Shown here one piece after another: positions 1 to 10,941 of a stretch of DNA of 64,000 nt (position 1 is its first letter; every line of letters begins with the position of its first letter). This DNA is from Azolla caroliniana (Eukaryota; Plantae; Polypodiophyta): positions 23,126,001 through 23,190,000 of the forward strand of contig JBHGNT010000002.1 in NCBI GenBank assembly GCA_043228905.1. The letters are read 5' to 3'. A model generated the notes under the pieces. That model was not told where the DNA came from, ran no database searches, and saw only the letters and a list, made by a program, of their open reading frames with translations. The position numbers were made by a program, and so were the translations under genes.

Positions 1-225
1 AAAACTACAATTGAAGTGTATGAAATCATTGTTCTTATTCCTAAAGATTATCTGGCAATATTACATTGTTTATACCTTTCAACATGTGCACCATTTATCC
101 ACTCAATGTCAAAGTATTTTTGGCTCCACAAAAGAAACATTCAAGACATGAAAACAACCTAATATTAATCTCTTATGCATACATGGTATGTATTTAATGT
201 GATGCCTTTTTTTGTTAACGAAGCT

Positions 226-560
226 TCCTTGGTAGATTATTAGGCAAACTCAAATCATAAACAATCCTTTTTTGTGGCATTCTATCCTCAAGGGATTGAA
301 AGTCTCATCTTAATATTGAATTACGAGTGCACGTGCTTGATTCCAATTTTCAAACATGTATCGCTCGCTCAACCTTTTGGCTAGCATTCTCGTCCTTGGT
401 AGATTATTAGGCAAACTCAAATCATAAACAATCCTTTTTTGTGGCATTCTATCCTCAAGGGATTGAAAGTCTCATCTTAATATTGAATTACGAGTGCACA
501 TGCTTGATTCCAAATTTCAAACATGCATCGCTCGCTCAACCTTTTGGCTAGCATTCTCAT
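226..560. repeat. Tandem duplication, 2 x ~167 bp
   Basis: The unit starting TCCTTGGTAGATTATTAGGCAAAC occurs at 226 and again at 393, with only a few substitutions. Confidence 0.9.
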
Positions 561-1386
561 CCATTTTCAAACGTTTGCCCAATCCTTTTCTCACTAGGTT
601 CAATCATTGCAATCACCAACCCAAATTTCTATGATACCTTAGGACTCTTTATTAAACTCCATCCAACTACATGTGTTTTCACATTTTAGTTCCAATTTAT
701 TACAATAAAACCTGCACATTGGCCTAAGCATAGGACACATAGCTTCCATTAAGTCATCATCATCCAACTACATTCTATATATTCTATTAAGATTGTAGGA
801 TGTTATTTGCGCCATTGATCCACACCATTGTTAGTGTCTCCACAACATAGGTTAAAAGGTTTGATTAGAGCCCATGCAACTCCACCCCATCCCTCATCTT
901 AGGGACAGTGAAAAAAAAAACCTCTAGATTTGGAAGGATGAAACATTCCAAAGTAGAAACCTAATATTTGGATATTTAAACTCATGCCACCTTGAAAGGA
1001 AGGAAAACAACATGCCATTTTTTTTTGAAGATTCACCTTGGTATTAATGGAAAGATGCCCAAAGGCTACAAAGAAATCATACATGAAAAGGTAACCACCA
1101 TACCCACATCAACCAACATGTCGAATAGCAAAAGCCCTCATGCAAGGACCTTAGAAATTGCATTTACACATCTAAAATCAGGATCCTTTCCATAATGAGG
1201 GGTGGAAAAAGCGACATTGGTGGAACATATCTCCACTTTATTCTCTCTCCAAAAGAGGTGAAGACCTCTCCCTTAGTCCACATATGTACATGTGGGATTT
1301 TGTGAGATGGGAAGGCTTGTTGAAGAAATACATAATTATGAAATGAGTGTGTTGATTTTCTTCTTCTCTCTAATAGAAAGCGGGTA

Positions 1387-1690
1387 TTGGATATCTCTTA
1401 TGTTACAACAATCTGTTATTTCATACAATACAAGGTTTGGTCTACAATATCTTCTTTAGTAAATTGGGTATTGTGGAAGACAACATATGCAGTTGAGTTA
1501 GTTAAGGAGATATGGTCGATGCTTCTATATACTCTGACAGGACAATATGAGGCAATAACTGGCAAGCCTAATGTTGTCTTTCGTAAGCAATAACATGTAG
1601 TATTTACACTTTGGGTCAATAATAATTGAATTTCGATGAATTTAATGACCATTGGCAACTACTATACGAAAGATAAAGTGAGTAGATGGC
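1387..1690 (+). mobile_element. Degenerate L1-like LINE ORF2 C-terminal fragment
   Basis: ORF 1387-1593 (VWSTISSLVNWVLWK...VKEIWSMLLYTLTGQYEAITG...FRKQ) aligns by eye to the C-terminus of the LINE at 29162-29782 (IWATISSVVLWNIW...VKEIWLMLISTLKGQYDSFTG...FLKQ). Confidence 0.7.
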
Positions 1691-2339
1691 TATATTACAA
1701 CTAAATCATCGAGTGAATAAATAACCCAAACTCTCTCTCTCTCTCTAAGTTTCCCTTTGTTATGGAATGTTGGTAAACAAATAACCCAAGGCCATCGCAT
1801 TAAATGCACCATTCTCTTCATTGACCACACTACAGAGGGTAGTTGGGATGTGCTCATACAATCATCCCCCAAGCCCTTTATCCACATCTCCTAATTCAAT
1901 ATCCATTTTGGTTATTCTTTTATGCGGTAAGTGTCTACAACATATGGCTACCCAAATTCCCATTTGTAAATTATCGCATTATCAAGTTTCATGAACTCCT
2001 CCGTACTCTCACTATTATTTCCCCATTTGCTAGTATTTGCCTACTTGATGCCCCCCAATGGCTTCTTAATCTGTTAAATATCCTAAAGGCCTTCATCGTA
2101 GAGATCCACACAAATTTCCTCTAAAGGACATGGTCCAACATTGCAGGCTAATATTCCCGAACTTGGACATGGTGATGGACATTGACGTGACCAAATCTGG
2201 AGATGCCAATAGGGGCCCCAAGAAGAGTTGTCTTTTCTTTTTAATAGCCTGACCATCTCATCCAAAATGGATCTTGATATGCTAACTTTCCCATTCCCTA
2301 AGAGAGTTTTGATATTGTGTTGCACAAATACAGGAGGCT

Positions 2340-2790
2340 CTAAAGCCGAATTTGATATTTACCATTTGTTTCTACCTTTTCATTCCCAATATTCGTTACT
2401 TTTAGATTAGCTTCATTAACATACAAGTGAATTTACGAGCATGCATCCAAAATGCTCTGAGAATTTAATGGCCATATTTGGTTTGAGAGAGAAACATCTA
2501 TCTATCCTTTTAGTAACCAAAAATGCAATAAACCCAAATCCATTATCTCAATTTTCAAACTCAAAAGACAACTTCATCTTGATCTGACCTAAGTCATCAT
2601 CACAGAGACATAAGATTCATTGACTACGAGCTTTGTTTTGATGTAAAGGGTAGAATTTGGTAAATACTTTCTCACTCTTAATTTGGTGAGGATCTATTGG
2701 AACCAAGACATTATTGGTACATGCTTCAACCCCATTTGAAAGTTTTTTGTAACCTCAAGTCCTTACATTTTGAAGGTACTTATTTTAATT
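2340..2790 (-). mobile_element. Highly decayed Ty1/copia reverse-transcriptase remnant
   Basis: Minus-strand translation gives GLKHVP (cf. YGLKQAP) and IKMKLSFEFE*D.G (cf. K..L..EFEMKDLG), with many stops and frameshifts. Confidence 0.4.
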
Positions 2791-2831
2791 GTCCGCTTCA
2801 TGCTTGATGACCTTTTGCTTGTTCTATCCAC

Positions 2832-3192
2832 TAGGGATTGGTAATGCCTCAGTTCAAGCCTAAAACGAACCGTTAAACCGTTTTTAAACGGTTTGGTGGT
2901 TCAATTTAGGCTTGAGCTTCCTTAACCAGCTTCGTTAAACCGTTTTCAAACGATTTAGGCTTGAGGTTCCTTAACCAGTTTGAAATCGGTTTTTGATGGC
3001 TCAAGCTGAACTGAACCAATATAGGCAAAACCAATTTCCAAACCGGTTAAGACTTCTCGGCTTAGTTTTACCAGTTCCTAAATCGGTTTGCCTTAACCTG
3101 TTTAGGAACAAGTTTGGAAAATCCCAAACCGGTTAAGGTTTACCCGGTTTGGCTGGGACAACAACAAACCGGTTAAGCCGAAACCGAACCGG
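2832..3192. mobile_element. AACCG/CGGTT-rich MITE-like element upstream of the receptor kinase
   Basis: Starts TAGGGATTGGTAATG and carries dense AAACCG/CGGTTT motifs in both orientations, like the hAT-type MITEs at 50200 and 51758. No clean right TIR or TSD was found. Confidence 0.5.
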
Positions 3193-3236
3193 TGCAGATT
3201 CGTAGAAAATTCAGTATCCACCAAGTCCAAGTTGGG

Positions 3237-3392
3237 TTCTTCTTCTTCTTCAATTTTCTTCTTCTTTTTCTTCACTTTTCTTCTTCTTCTTCTTCAATTT
3301 TCTTCTTCTTTTTCTTCACTTTTCTTCTTCTTCTTCTTCAATTTTCTTCTTCTTTTTCTTCACTTTTCTTCTTCTTCTTCTTCTTCGTCTTC
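3237..3392 (+). repeat. CTT-rich minisatellite (~3 units of ~43-46 bp) in the probable 5' UTR
   Basis: Repeats of TTCTTCTTCTTCAATTTTCTTCTTCTTTTTCTTCACTTTT. This explains the spurious poly-S/F N-terminal extension of ORF 3232-6195. Confidence 0.85.
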
Positions 3393-3462
3393 ACCCCTGA
3401 AACGTCCATCTCTGCAGACACACACACACAGACAAGGGAAAAGGGCGATTGATAGCTCAGAA

Positions 3463-6195
3463 ATGCTTTCCTTGCTATGGAAGACCCTTCCATTCATGCT
3501 GTTTCTGGGCTCTCCTTCCTTTTTTGTCCTCTCAACCTCCCAATCCACCAGCAGCGATGGTGCCTCCCCATCCTCTGTCTCTCTCAACAACACATACACA
3601 ATTGAAGGCGGTGATTATGCGGAGCAGACCTCACTGGTTCAAATCCTCTCATCTCCCAATGGGACCTTCCAACTGAAATTCGGCAGCCTACCTGGGCAAT
3701 CCAACCCTCACAGCCTAGGAATCGTTTACACTGCTTCATCTTCAACCCTAATTTGGTACACATACAGGGACAACAACCCTGGACTCTATGACAATCTCGG
3801 GGCTTCCTCAACCTCCCTTTCCTTCACAGAAACAGGGGATCTCACGATCAGCGTTGATGATGCCCATGGCATTATCGGTGACCAACTCATCATTTGGAGT
3901 ACCAACACTTCTGGTCTAGGTGTTCAATCCATGGAATTGAGGGACAATGGTAACCTTGTATTGCTGAATCAATCCGGGGGCATCGTCTGGCAGTCCTTCG
4001 ACCACCCGACAGAGGTTCTTGTGCCATCCCAACGACTTGCAGTGGGTTCGAACCTCCTTACAATGGCTAGGAATGGGTACCCATCAACAGGCATGACTAT
4101 GCTAGCTATGGAAAGTGAGAGACTAGTGAGCTATGTAAAGTATGTAGAACAAGAGCCATATTGGGAGCTTTCCCCTACAGTCAATAATAACAATAGTAGT
4201 AGTAGTAATAGTAATCCAACTAACCTTGCTTATGCAGCTATAGTTAACCGAAGTATTGCTTTGTTTGATGGACATGGCGAGATCATGGCTACCATTGGGA
4301 ACATGAGTGATGCCTCGGCTTCTCAAGTCTTGCAAAGGTTTAACCTTGATTCGGATGGGAACATGAGGCTTTATGGGTTCAACAATGAAACCTCAGCTTG
4401 GACTATTCAAATGCAAGTTATAACTGGTGCCTGTGAATTGCCAGATGACTGTGGATTCTATGGTATGTGCATGCCTGGCCAAGGCTGTGGATGTCCACCC
4501 ACCTTTGGCCTTTTGGCCACCCTCAATGGCTGCGTGCCGCCCAGAGGCCTCGTATGTGAAAGCAAATATGGGTCTGAATTCGTGAAGGTGCCCGCGGCGT
4601 CCTACTTTTCTCTCGGCTCTAGCTTGGTTTCAAATTTAACGGCTTTCACAGCTATGGGCATTTCTCAACATTCATGCAAGAGCATCTGTGTAGGGAATTG
4701 TGGTTGCCTGGGGTTCTTCTATGGAGAATCCAATGGAGCTTGCCTCATAACAGAACAGCTGCGAACTTTCACAGCCTCGATCGATGGGAACTACACACAG
4801 AAGTACGCGTATGACCTCTATGTGAGAGTGCAAGGCAAACCAAGCTTCCCGTTGGCGATCGTGCTAGGGATATGTATTCCTGTTGGTTTAATCTTGTTCC
4901 TCGTGTTATTGTGGTGGTTTGTAAGGTGTCGGGTTAGAGTAGCTCATGCTGAAGAAGAAGAATTTCTACTTGGAGCCTTACCAGGCCTTCCCCCGAGGTA
5001 TTCTTATGGTGAACTCAAGACTGCTACGAAGAACTTTACACAACGAATTGGCCATGGATCTTTCGGTTCAGTTTATGAAGGAACACTAGAAGATGGTAGT
5101 AGAATTGCAGTGAAGCAACTTGAAGGGGTCATGCAAGGAAAGAAGGAATTCCATGCTGAGATAGCAACTATTGGGACTGTTCGCCATGTCAATCTCGTCT
5201 GCCTGAAAGGTTTTTGTTTAGACAAGATCCATCGGCTTCTTGTTTATGAGCACATGGCCCGAGGCTCACTTGATGGTCTTCTATTTCCGACAAGTACAAA
5301 CAGTGATAATGGAATGGTGAAGGAGAAAACAAGCACGCTTACTTTGAAAGAGAGGCTCACGATCGCCATTGGAGTAGCAAAAGCTTTAACTTATTTGCAT
5401 GAGGGGAGCCCCGAGTGCATCATCCACTGTGATATCAAGCCCGAGAATGTGTTAGTGTCAGATGAGGGCGAGGCAAAGCTCTCGGATTTCGGCCTCGCAA
5501 AGATGATGAACAGGAAGAAACGAGATTCATCCGAAACAATTGTGAGAGGGACGCGGGGATACATGGCGCCCGAATGGCTACGAGGAGTTGTGAGCATCAC
5601 AGAGAAAGCCGACGTTTATAGCTACGGAGTTCTTCTGCTTGAAATCTTGTCCGGACGAAGGAACTACGAAGCACCAAGCAATTCATCAACTAGTAGGTAT
5701 GTGCCTGGGTGGGCGCTGAGGAATCTAAGCCTACAAGGAAGTGAATCGATCGAGAGGAAGCTCCTCGATGAAGCAATAATGACGGATCTCGATCACGTTC
5801 GCAATGACGGCAACTCCATCGACAACAAAGATTTAAAAGAGGATAACAATAAGAATAATATTAAAGAGAGGGTGCATCGAGCTTTCCTGACGGCACTTTG
5901 GTGTGTTCAAGAAGATCCCAACATTAGGCCTTCGATGTCTCGAGTGGTGAAAATGCTGGAAGGAGACGTTGACATCCGGACCCCTCCGGGGGAATCTGTG
6001 GACGATGACACTTTCTTGACATCAAGTTTCTCTGCTGTCGGTGGGGCTGATGCCACGAGTAGTACGAGACTGAATTCCGCCAAGACAGATCATAGGTTTT
6101 ACATCACCAGTCAAAGTGAAGTCTCCTTGCCCTTCTTTGCGCGGGCTTCCCGGATCTTCTCCACCTTGTATAAGCCTTCCTCTTCTGTGAATTGA
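3463..6195 (+). CDS. G-type lectin S-domain receptor-like Ser/Thr kinase (SD2-like), intronless, ~910 aa
   Basis: ATG at 3463 starts a signal peptide (MLSLLWKTLPFMLFLG). Then B-lectin (IIWSTNT...ELRDNGNLVL...VWQSFDHPT), EGF-like (CELPDDCGFYGMC..CGCPP), PAN (CKSICVGNCGC), a TM helix, and a kinase domain (IGHGSFGSVY, AVK, IIHCDIKPEN, DFGLA, GTRGYMAPEW, DVYSYG). Confidence 0.95.
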   Translation: MLSLLWKTLPFMLFLGSPSFFVLSTSQSTSSDGASPSSVSLNNTYTIEGGDYAEQTSLVQILSSPNGTFQLKFGSLPGQSNPHSLGIVYTASSSTLIWYTYRDNNPGLYDNLGASSTSLSFTETGDLTISVDDAHGIIGDQLIIWSTNTSGLGVQSMELRDNGNLVLLNQSGGIVWQSFDHPTEVLVPSQRLAVGSNLLTMARNGYPSTGMTMLAMESERLVSYVKYVEQEPYWELSPTVNNNNSSSSNSNPTNLAYAAIVNRSIALFDGHGEIMATIGNMSDASASQVLQRFNLDSDGNMRLYGFNNETSAWTIQMQVITGACELPDDCGFYGMCMPGQGCGCPPTFGLLATLNGCVPPRGLVCESKYGSEFVKVPAASYFSLGSSLVSNLTAFTAMGISQHSCKSICVGNCGCLGFFYGESNGACLITEQLRTFTASIDGNYTQKYAYDLYVRVQGKPSFPLAIVLGICIPVGLILFLVLLWWFVRCRVRVAHAEEEEFLLGALPGLPPRYSYGELKTATKNFTQRIGHGSFGSVYEGTLEDGSRIAVKQLEGVMQGKKEFHAEIATIGTVRHVNLVCLKGFCLDKIHRLLVYEHMARGSLDGLLFPTSTNSDNGMVKEKTSTLTLKERLTIAIGVAKALTYLHEGSPECIIHCDIKPENVLVSDEGEAKLSDFGLAKMMNRKKRDSSETIVRGTRGYMAPEWLRGVVSITEKADVYSYGVLLLEILSGRRNYEAPSNSSTSRYVPGWALRNLSLQGSESIERKLLDEAIMTDLDHVRNDGNSIDNKDLKEDNNKNNIKERVHRAFLTALWCVQEDPNIRPSMSRVVKMLEGDVDIRTPPGESVDDDTFLTSSFSAVGGADATSSTRLNSAKTDHRFYITSQSEVSLPFFARASRIFSTLYKPSSSVN

Positions 6196-6308
6196 GTCTC
6201 TCTCGCCTGTCTCTTATGTGCATTAGAAGAGCTTGCAACCATTTTTTTATAGCTTCAAGTAGGTCGTGTTGCTCTTTGAGAATCAAACAGCACCTCTCTT
6301 AGAGAGGG

Positions 6309-6592
6309 TTTAGGATTTTTCATTCTGACGGAGAAGATCCGTTCTGGATCGCATCGGACAATGTTTCTTCGTTGATTCCAGGGTATATTCCACACTTAGG
6401 AGGTCATGTACTTCTGTTGGATGTCGACTTCAAGTGATATCTTGCTATGATTTAGGATCTATCTTTCTGACGGAGAAGATCTGATCTGGATCGCGTTGGA
6501 CAATGTTTCTTCGATGATTCCAGGGTATATTCCACACTTACGAGGTCATGTGCTTCTGTTGGATGTCGACTTCATGTGATAACTTGCTATGG
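6309..6592. repeat. Tandem duplication, 2 x ~142 bp, downstream of the kinase
   Basis: TTCTGACGGAGAAGATC...GATTCCAGGGTATATTCCACACTTA...CTTGCTATG occurs at 6323 and 6465. Confidence 0.9.
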
Positions 6593-8030
6593 TTGTTTAG
6601 GCATTGGGATATCGACATAGACCTGGTATAAATGCATCCCTTGGTGTAGTCCAGATTGGATGGAAACATCAGTAATGCATCAAGTCTCTTACTTTGATGA
6701 GGATGTCGTTAAAAAGATGCTGTGTGTATGCATTCCTTTTGCGATCATTCACCCTAAAACATTCCGACCTCCTCATCTTTAACATCCTTGTACCTAGTTT
6801 AAATAGGAGTAGGTAGGTATGAATAAAGGATTGGTGGCTACAAATTTTCTGTTTCATCACTAGTTGTGGGGCTCATGCAATGGAAGTCATCTTGAGTTTT
6901 GTAATGTAATCTAGTCTTGACGTTCATCATGTGTATCAGCTATTTCCTTGTATATACACCTTGCATGAATTCTTTTGATGAATATCACGCCTTGCGTGAA
7001 ACCTTTTGATTAATATGACGTATTATAGTGTTGGCAATCAAGTGCTAGCATTTTTTTTTAGTGTTTCTGAAGTTGTTCTTGTAAAGTGACCATTTTTGTG
7101 TTCATAACATCAAGTGCAGAATTATGGATACAATATGTAATCAAGTATACCCTGATCAATTTTGGAACAATAATTGTTAAGACAAAGTTTAAAGAATTTT
7201 AGGATTGAATTTCCATGCTTAAATTTATTTTTTCACTTACTTTTGGTATGGTTTGGCATGCCAAATGTAGAGGGTTTGATTGGAATTAGGAAATTGAGAC
7301 ATGATCGGGAAGTTTACGTGGTTTACTTTCCAAGCTATTATGTCATGCTAGAATAAATATGGCATGGCAATTATAGAGAGTTAATTTGTAAATAGGAATT
7401 TGAGAGATGAGTGGAAGGATTGCCATTTGGGACACGACAATGCTTGTTATACAAGAATAAATATGATTTCATCATTGTAGAACTTTTGACCACAATGGGT
7501 TTCGTTTTCACATTCTCTAACCAACTATAGTATCGCCATTCATATGTGTATATGCTTGACAAACCCAAGGTTTGAATCTTATTCTATCTAAACATGGTCC
7601 ACATATTGGTCAAGTTCTCAATCTCAAATATCTTGTATTATGCAACCCTTGATTAAGGCTTGAGTTTATGAGTATTTCCGTGGGGTTATTAGTGGTTGAT
7701 TGGAGATTACTAATACTTACTATAGGGGGTGATCGAAAATGTGCATGTTTGCTAGCAGTCGTACTTCAGTAAGTTTTCAAAACAATAACAAATGGCATAT
7801 CTTGGGATGGGGAAAGCTTCCGAGCATATGAAAATAAAGTTTGTCGCCATTTCCCCATCTCCCCCGATGGCGTTACGGAAGTAGACTAATTACACAAGAT
7901 TTCAGTCATGAAACCTGGGGTCAAGGTGGGGGCTGGTCTTGATCAAGGGCATTTGAGGAAATAGAAATAAACTTATAAGCAACATATTTTCTTTCTTCTT
8001 TCTTTGAAAACAGAGGAAGGGCAATGGAGC

Positions 8031-10391
8031 ATGCTTGCTCTATGGAAACCCCTGTTTCCTCCACCCATCTTATCCCTGAAATTAGGACTCGGCTTTGGCT
8101 TTTTCATAATCACTACCAGCAATGGAAAATGCTTAAAGAAAGAAGGAGCTTTTTGTAAGCATTTCTCGCAAACTGTGGCTTCAATCCATCCTATTCAAGA
8201 TCATAAGTTCTGTTTCTCTTCTATATTAACAGTTTGCATCAATCAAAAGTCTCTTCTTGAGGGAAGAAATGTTCATCACGATATCGTCACTTGTGGATTG
8301 GAAAGAAACCCAAACATTGAACAGCTTTTGGTGAGAATGTACGCCACATGTGAGGCCATGGAAGAAAGTTTGATTTTGTTTACTTGTCTGCAAGAAAAAG
8401 ATGTTTCTATTTGGAATTCAATACTCAGCAATGCATCACATGGAAAAGGAAGAAGAAACCATGGAAAGCTTCATCTTTTCCAACAAATGCTACATGAAGG
8501 AACTTTACCAAATAAGTCCACTTTTGTCAAAATTCTGTCATGTTTCACTCATGATAGTGAGTGCCATTTCGAAGTTCTAAGAGTGCATATTCATTTGAGA
8601 AACATGGGGTTTGAATGTGATACTATGGTGGGAACTATGTTAATCAATATGTATGGAAAAAGTGGTAATTTGCTATATTCTTTGATGGCTTTTGAACATA
8701 TTAATATCAAGGACACTGTGTTATGCACAGCCATGATCGGTTTGTATGCACGACATCAGAAGATGATAGATGCCCTTCATATGTTTAGCTTAATGCAAGG
8801 TGCATATCATTTGATGCCCAATAAAGTAACGTTTCTTTGTCTTGTTGATGCTTGTGGTGGGTGTCAGGGTCTCTCTGAGGGGAAAATTGTCCATCATGTC
8901 AGTGTGGAGAGTGGTTTTTCTCTCGAAGTTATGGTGTGTAATGCTTTGGTTGATATGTATGGAAAATGTGGTAGCTTGGAAGAGGCTAGCAGAGTCTTTA
9001 ATGATACAAACAAGAAAAATGATGTATCCTGGAGCGTAATAATTTCTGCTCATATATACAACCAAAGTATCAATGAAGCTTTTAGGCTTTTCTATGAAAT
9101 GCATCAATGTGGTATCAAGCCAAACCGAGCCACTTTCATCTGTATTCTTGAAGCATGTACTTATGTGAACGGTGCACTAATTCACACTTACCTTGTTGAA
9201 AATAGTTATGACTCAGATCAAATTGTAGCCACGGCTCTAATAAGCTTTTATAGCAAATGTAACAATGTACGAGATGCAAGAGAAGTGTTTGTTAGGATGC
9301 CCAAAAAAGATGTTATTGCATGGAATGCAATGATTTCAGGGTGTGCTAATTCTGACCATTTTCAGGCAATCCAAATTTTTAATCAAATGCGAATCAAACT
9401 GAAACCCAACACCTCAACATGTGTTAGCATTCTTGATTCTTGTGCCAAAAACATGGATTTAGATGAAGGTAAGAGGATCCATGCGTTCATAATGAAGAAT
9501 AAAATAGAGCAAGATGTTGTTCTTCAAACTGCCATCATGATTATGTATGGAAAATGTGGAGATGTGAACTCTGCTTACAGCATGTTTGCAAAGATTCAGC
9601 AAAGGAATATTATCACGTGGAATGCCATCATTTCTATATATGCTCAAAATGGGCATATTCACGATGCAATAGTGGTACTTAAACAAATGCAAGAGAGAAA
9701 AGTAAAGCCAAATTCACTCACTTTTATTGGCATTCTCGATGCTTGTGGTGAATCTGTAGCCTTAGATGAGGGTCAGTGGATTCATGCATTTATTGTTGAC
9801 ACAGGTATAGAGCTCAATTCAAGTTTAGTTAGCACACTCATCAATATGTATGGAAAATGTGGTCTCTTGGGAAATGCATGGAAAATGTACGAAAGCTTTT
9901 CGGAGAAAAATGTGGTTTTGATGACCACATTCATGGCAGTGCTTGCCAAGCATGGACATGCTGATAGCGTATTTCATTTGTTGTTTATAATGCATGATAG
10001 AGGACTAAAACCAAACCATGTTACATTCATAAATATTCTAACCGCATGTAACCATGATGGATTGGTTAAAGTGGCATACCAATGGTTTGTTTCTATGTAT
10101 AATGAGTATGAAGTGGTGCCATTTGAGGATCACTATATCTGTTTAGTGGATATACTTGGGAGGGCAGGATTGCTTGACGAAGCTGAACACTTAGTCAATA
10201 TCATGCCATTTCAGACTCCGTGGCTATCACTGTTACACTTGGTTGGTGCTTGTAGACAACAGATGGATATTGAACGGGGACATCGGGTGGCAATCCAGCT
10301 GCTTGAAATAGATTCGGTCAATTCATCACACTATGTTATTATGTCTAATATATATGCCTTAGCTAATCAAGATTTTTTGTGCAAGATATAA
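8031..10391 (+). CDS. PLS-class PPR protein with E1/E2 motifs, no DYW (putative organellar RNA-editing factor), ~786 aa
   Basis: Intronless ORF with first ATG at 8031. Repeated motifs (NALVDMYGKCGSLEEA, DVIAWNAMISG, PNSLTFIGILDAC). C-terminus HYICLVDILGRAGLLDEA...MPF...HYVIMSNIYA, then stop. Confidence 0.93.
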   Translation: MLALWKPLFPPPILSLKLGLGFGFFIITTSNGKCLKKEGAFCKHFSQTVASIHPIQDHKFCFSSILTVCINQKSLLEGRNVHHDIVTCGLERNPNIEQLLVRMYATCEAMEESLILFTCLQEKDVSIWNSILSNASHGKGRRNHGKLHLFQQMLHEGTLPNKSTFVKILSCFTHDSECHFEVLRVHIHLRNMGFECDTMVGTMLINMYGKSGNLLYSLMAFEHINIKDTVLCTAMIGLYARHQKMIDALHMFSLMQGAYHLMPNKVTFLCLVDACGGCQGLSEGKIVHHVSVESGFSLEVMVCNALVDMYGKCGSLEEASRVFNDTNKKNDVSWSVIISAHIYNQSINEAFRLFYEMHQCGIKPNRATFICILEACTYVNGALIHTYLVENSYDSDQIVATALISFYSKCNNVRDAREVFVRMPKKDVIAWNAMISGCANSDHFQAIQIFNQMRIKLKPNTSTCVSILDSCAKNMDLDEGKRIHAFIMKNKIEQDVVLQTAIMIMYGKCGDVNSAYSMFAKIQQRNIITWNAIISIYAQNGHIHDAIVVLKQMQERKVKPNSLTFIGILDACGESVALDEGQWIHAFIVDTGIELNSSLVSTLINMYGKCGLLGNAWKMYESFSEKNVVLMTTFMAVLAKHGHADSVFHLLFIMHDRGLKPNHVTFINILTACNHDGLVKVAYQWFVSMYNEYEVVPFEDHYICLVDILGRAGLLDEAEHLVNIMPFQTPWLSLLHLVGACRQQMDIERGHRVAIQLLEIDSVNSSHYVIMSNIYALANQDFLCKI

Positions 10392-10941
10392 GGTAAGGTA
10401 TTCTTACATCAACAAGTATTACAAAATGATTTTCATATGGAAAAAGATGGATATATATATATATATATATATATATAAACAAAAAATATGCAAACAAAAA
10501 AATATTATCGATTCCATCCAACAGCCATACGAGTTTATTATAATACTAGTATTTTGATAAGTTTGTCCACAAAGTTAGCTATATTATAATACAACTGATT
10601 CTCCCTCCCAACTAATACGTGAACATTTTATGAAACAAATCTTATATGGGATGTTTCCATGATCCATCCTTGTTTGTTACATCAATTTCATTTACAATTT
10701 ACTTCCCAAAATACATGAATTCACTTTTGTATTGTGGTATTTCTTTCAACGCAGGTCAATAAATCAAAAAGGTTAAAAAAACAAGGCATCTACTTAGTAG
10801 AAAATTCAGGAATCTCATAAGGAATAGTTAGTATATACAAGACACAATAGTGTAATATCTCCAAGCAATGGTGCCGAGGAGAAACTTGGTTAGTTTAGTA
10901 AAAGTTCCAAATTTGTAATGAAATGAATGCAAAATTTCCTT

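Noticed and set aside
200-900. Possible LINE endonuclease remnant on the minus strand
   Set aside because: Only faint motif similarity across many stops; not supportable without a search.
3232-3462. 77-aa N-terminal extension of the kinase ORF
   Set aside because: It begins at TTG and runs through a CTT minisatellite. The ATG at 3463 gives a normal signal peptide.
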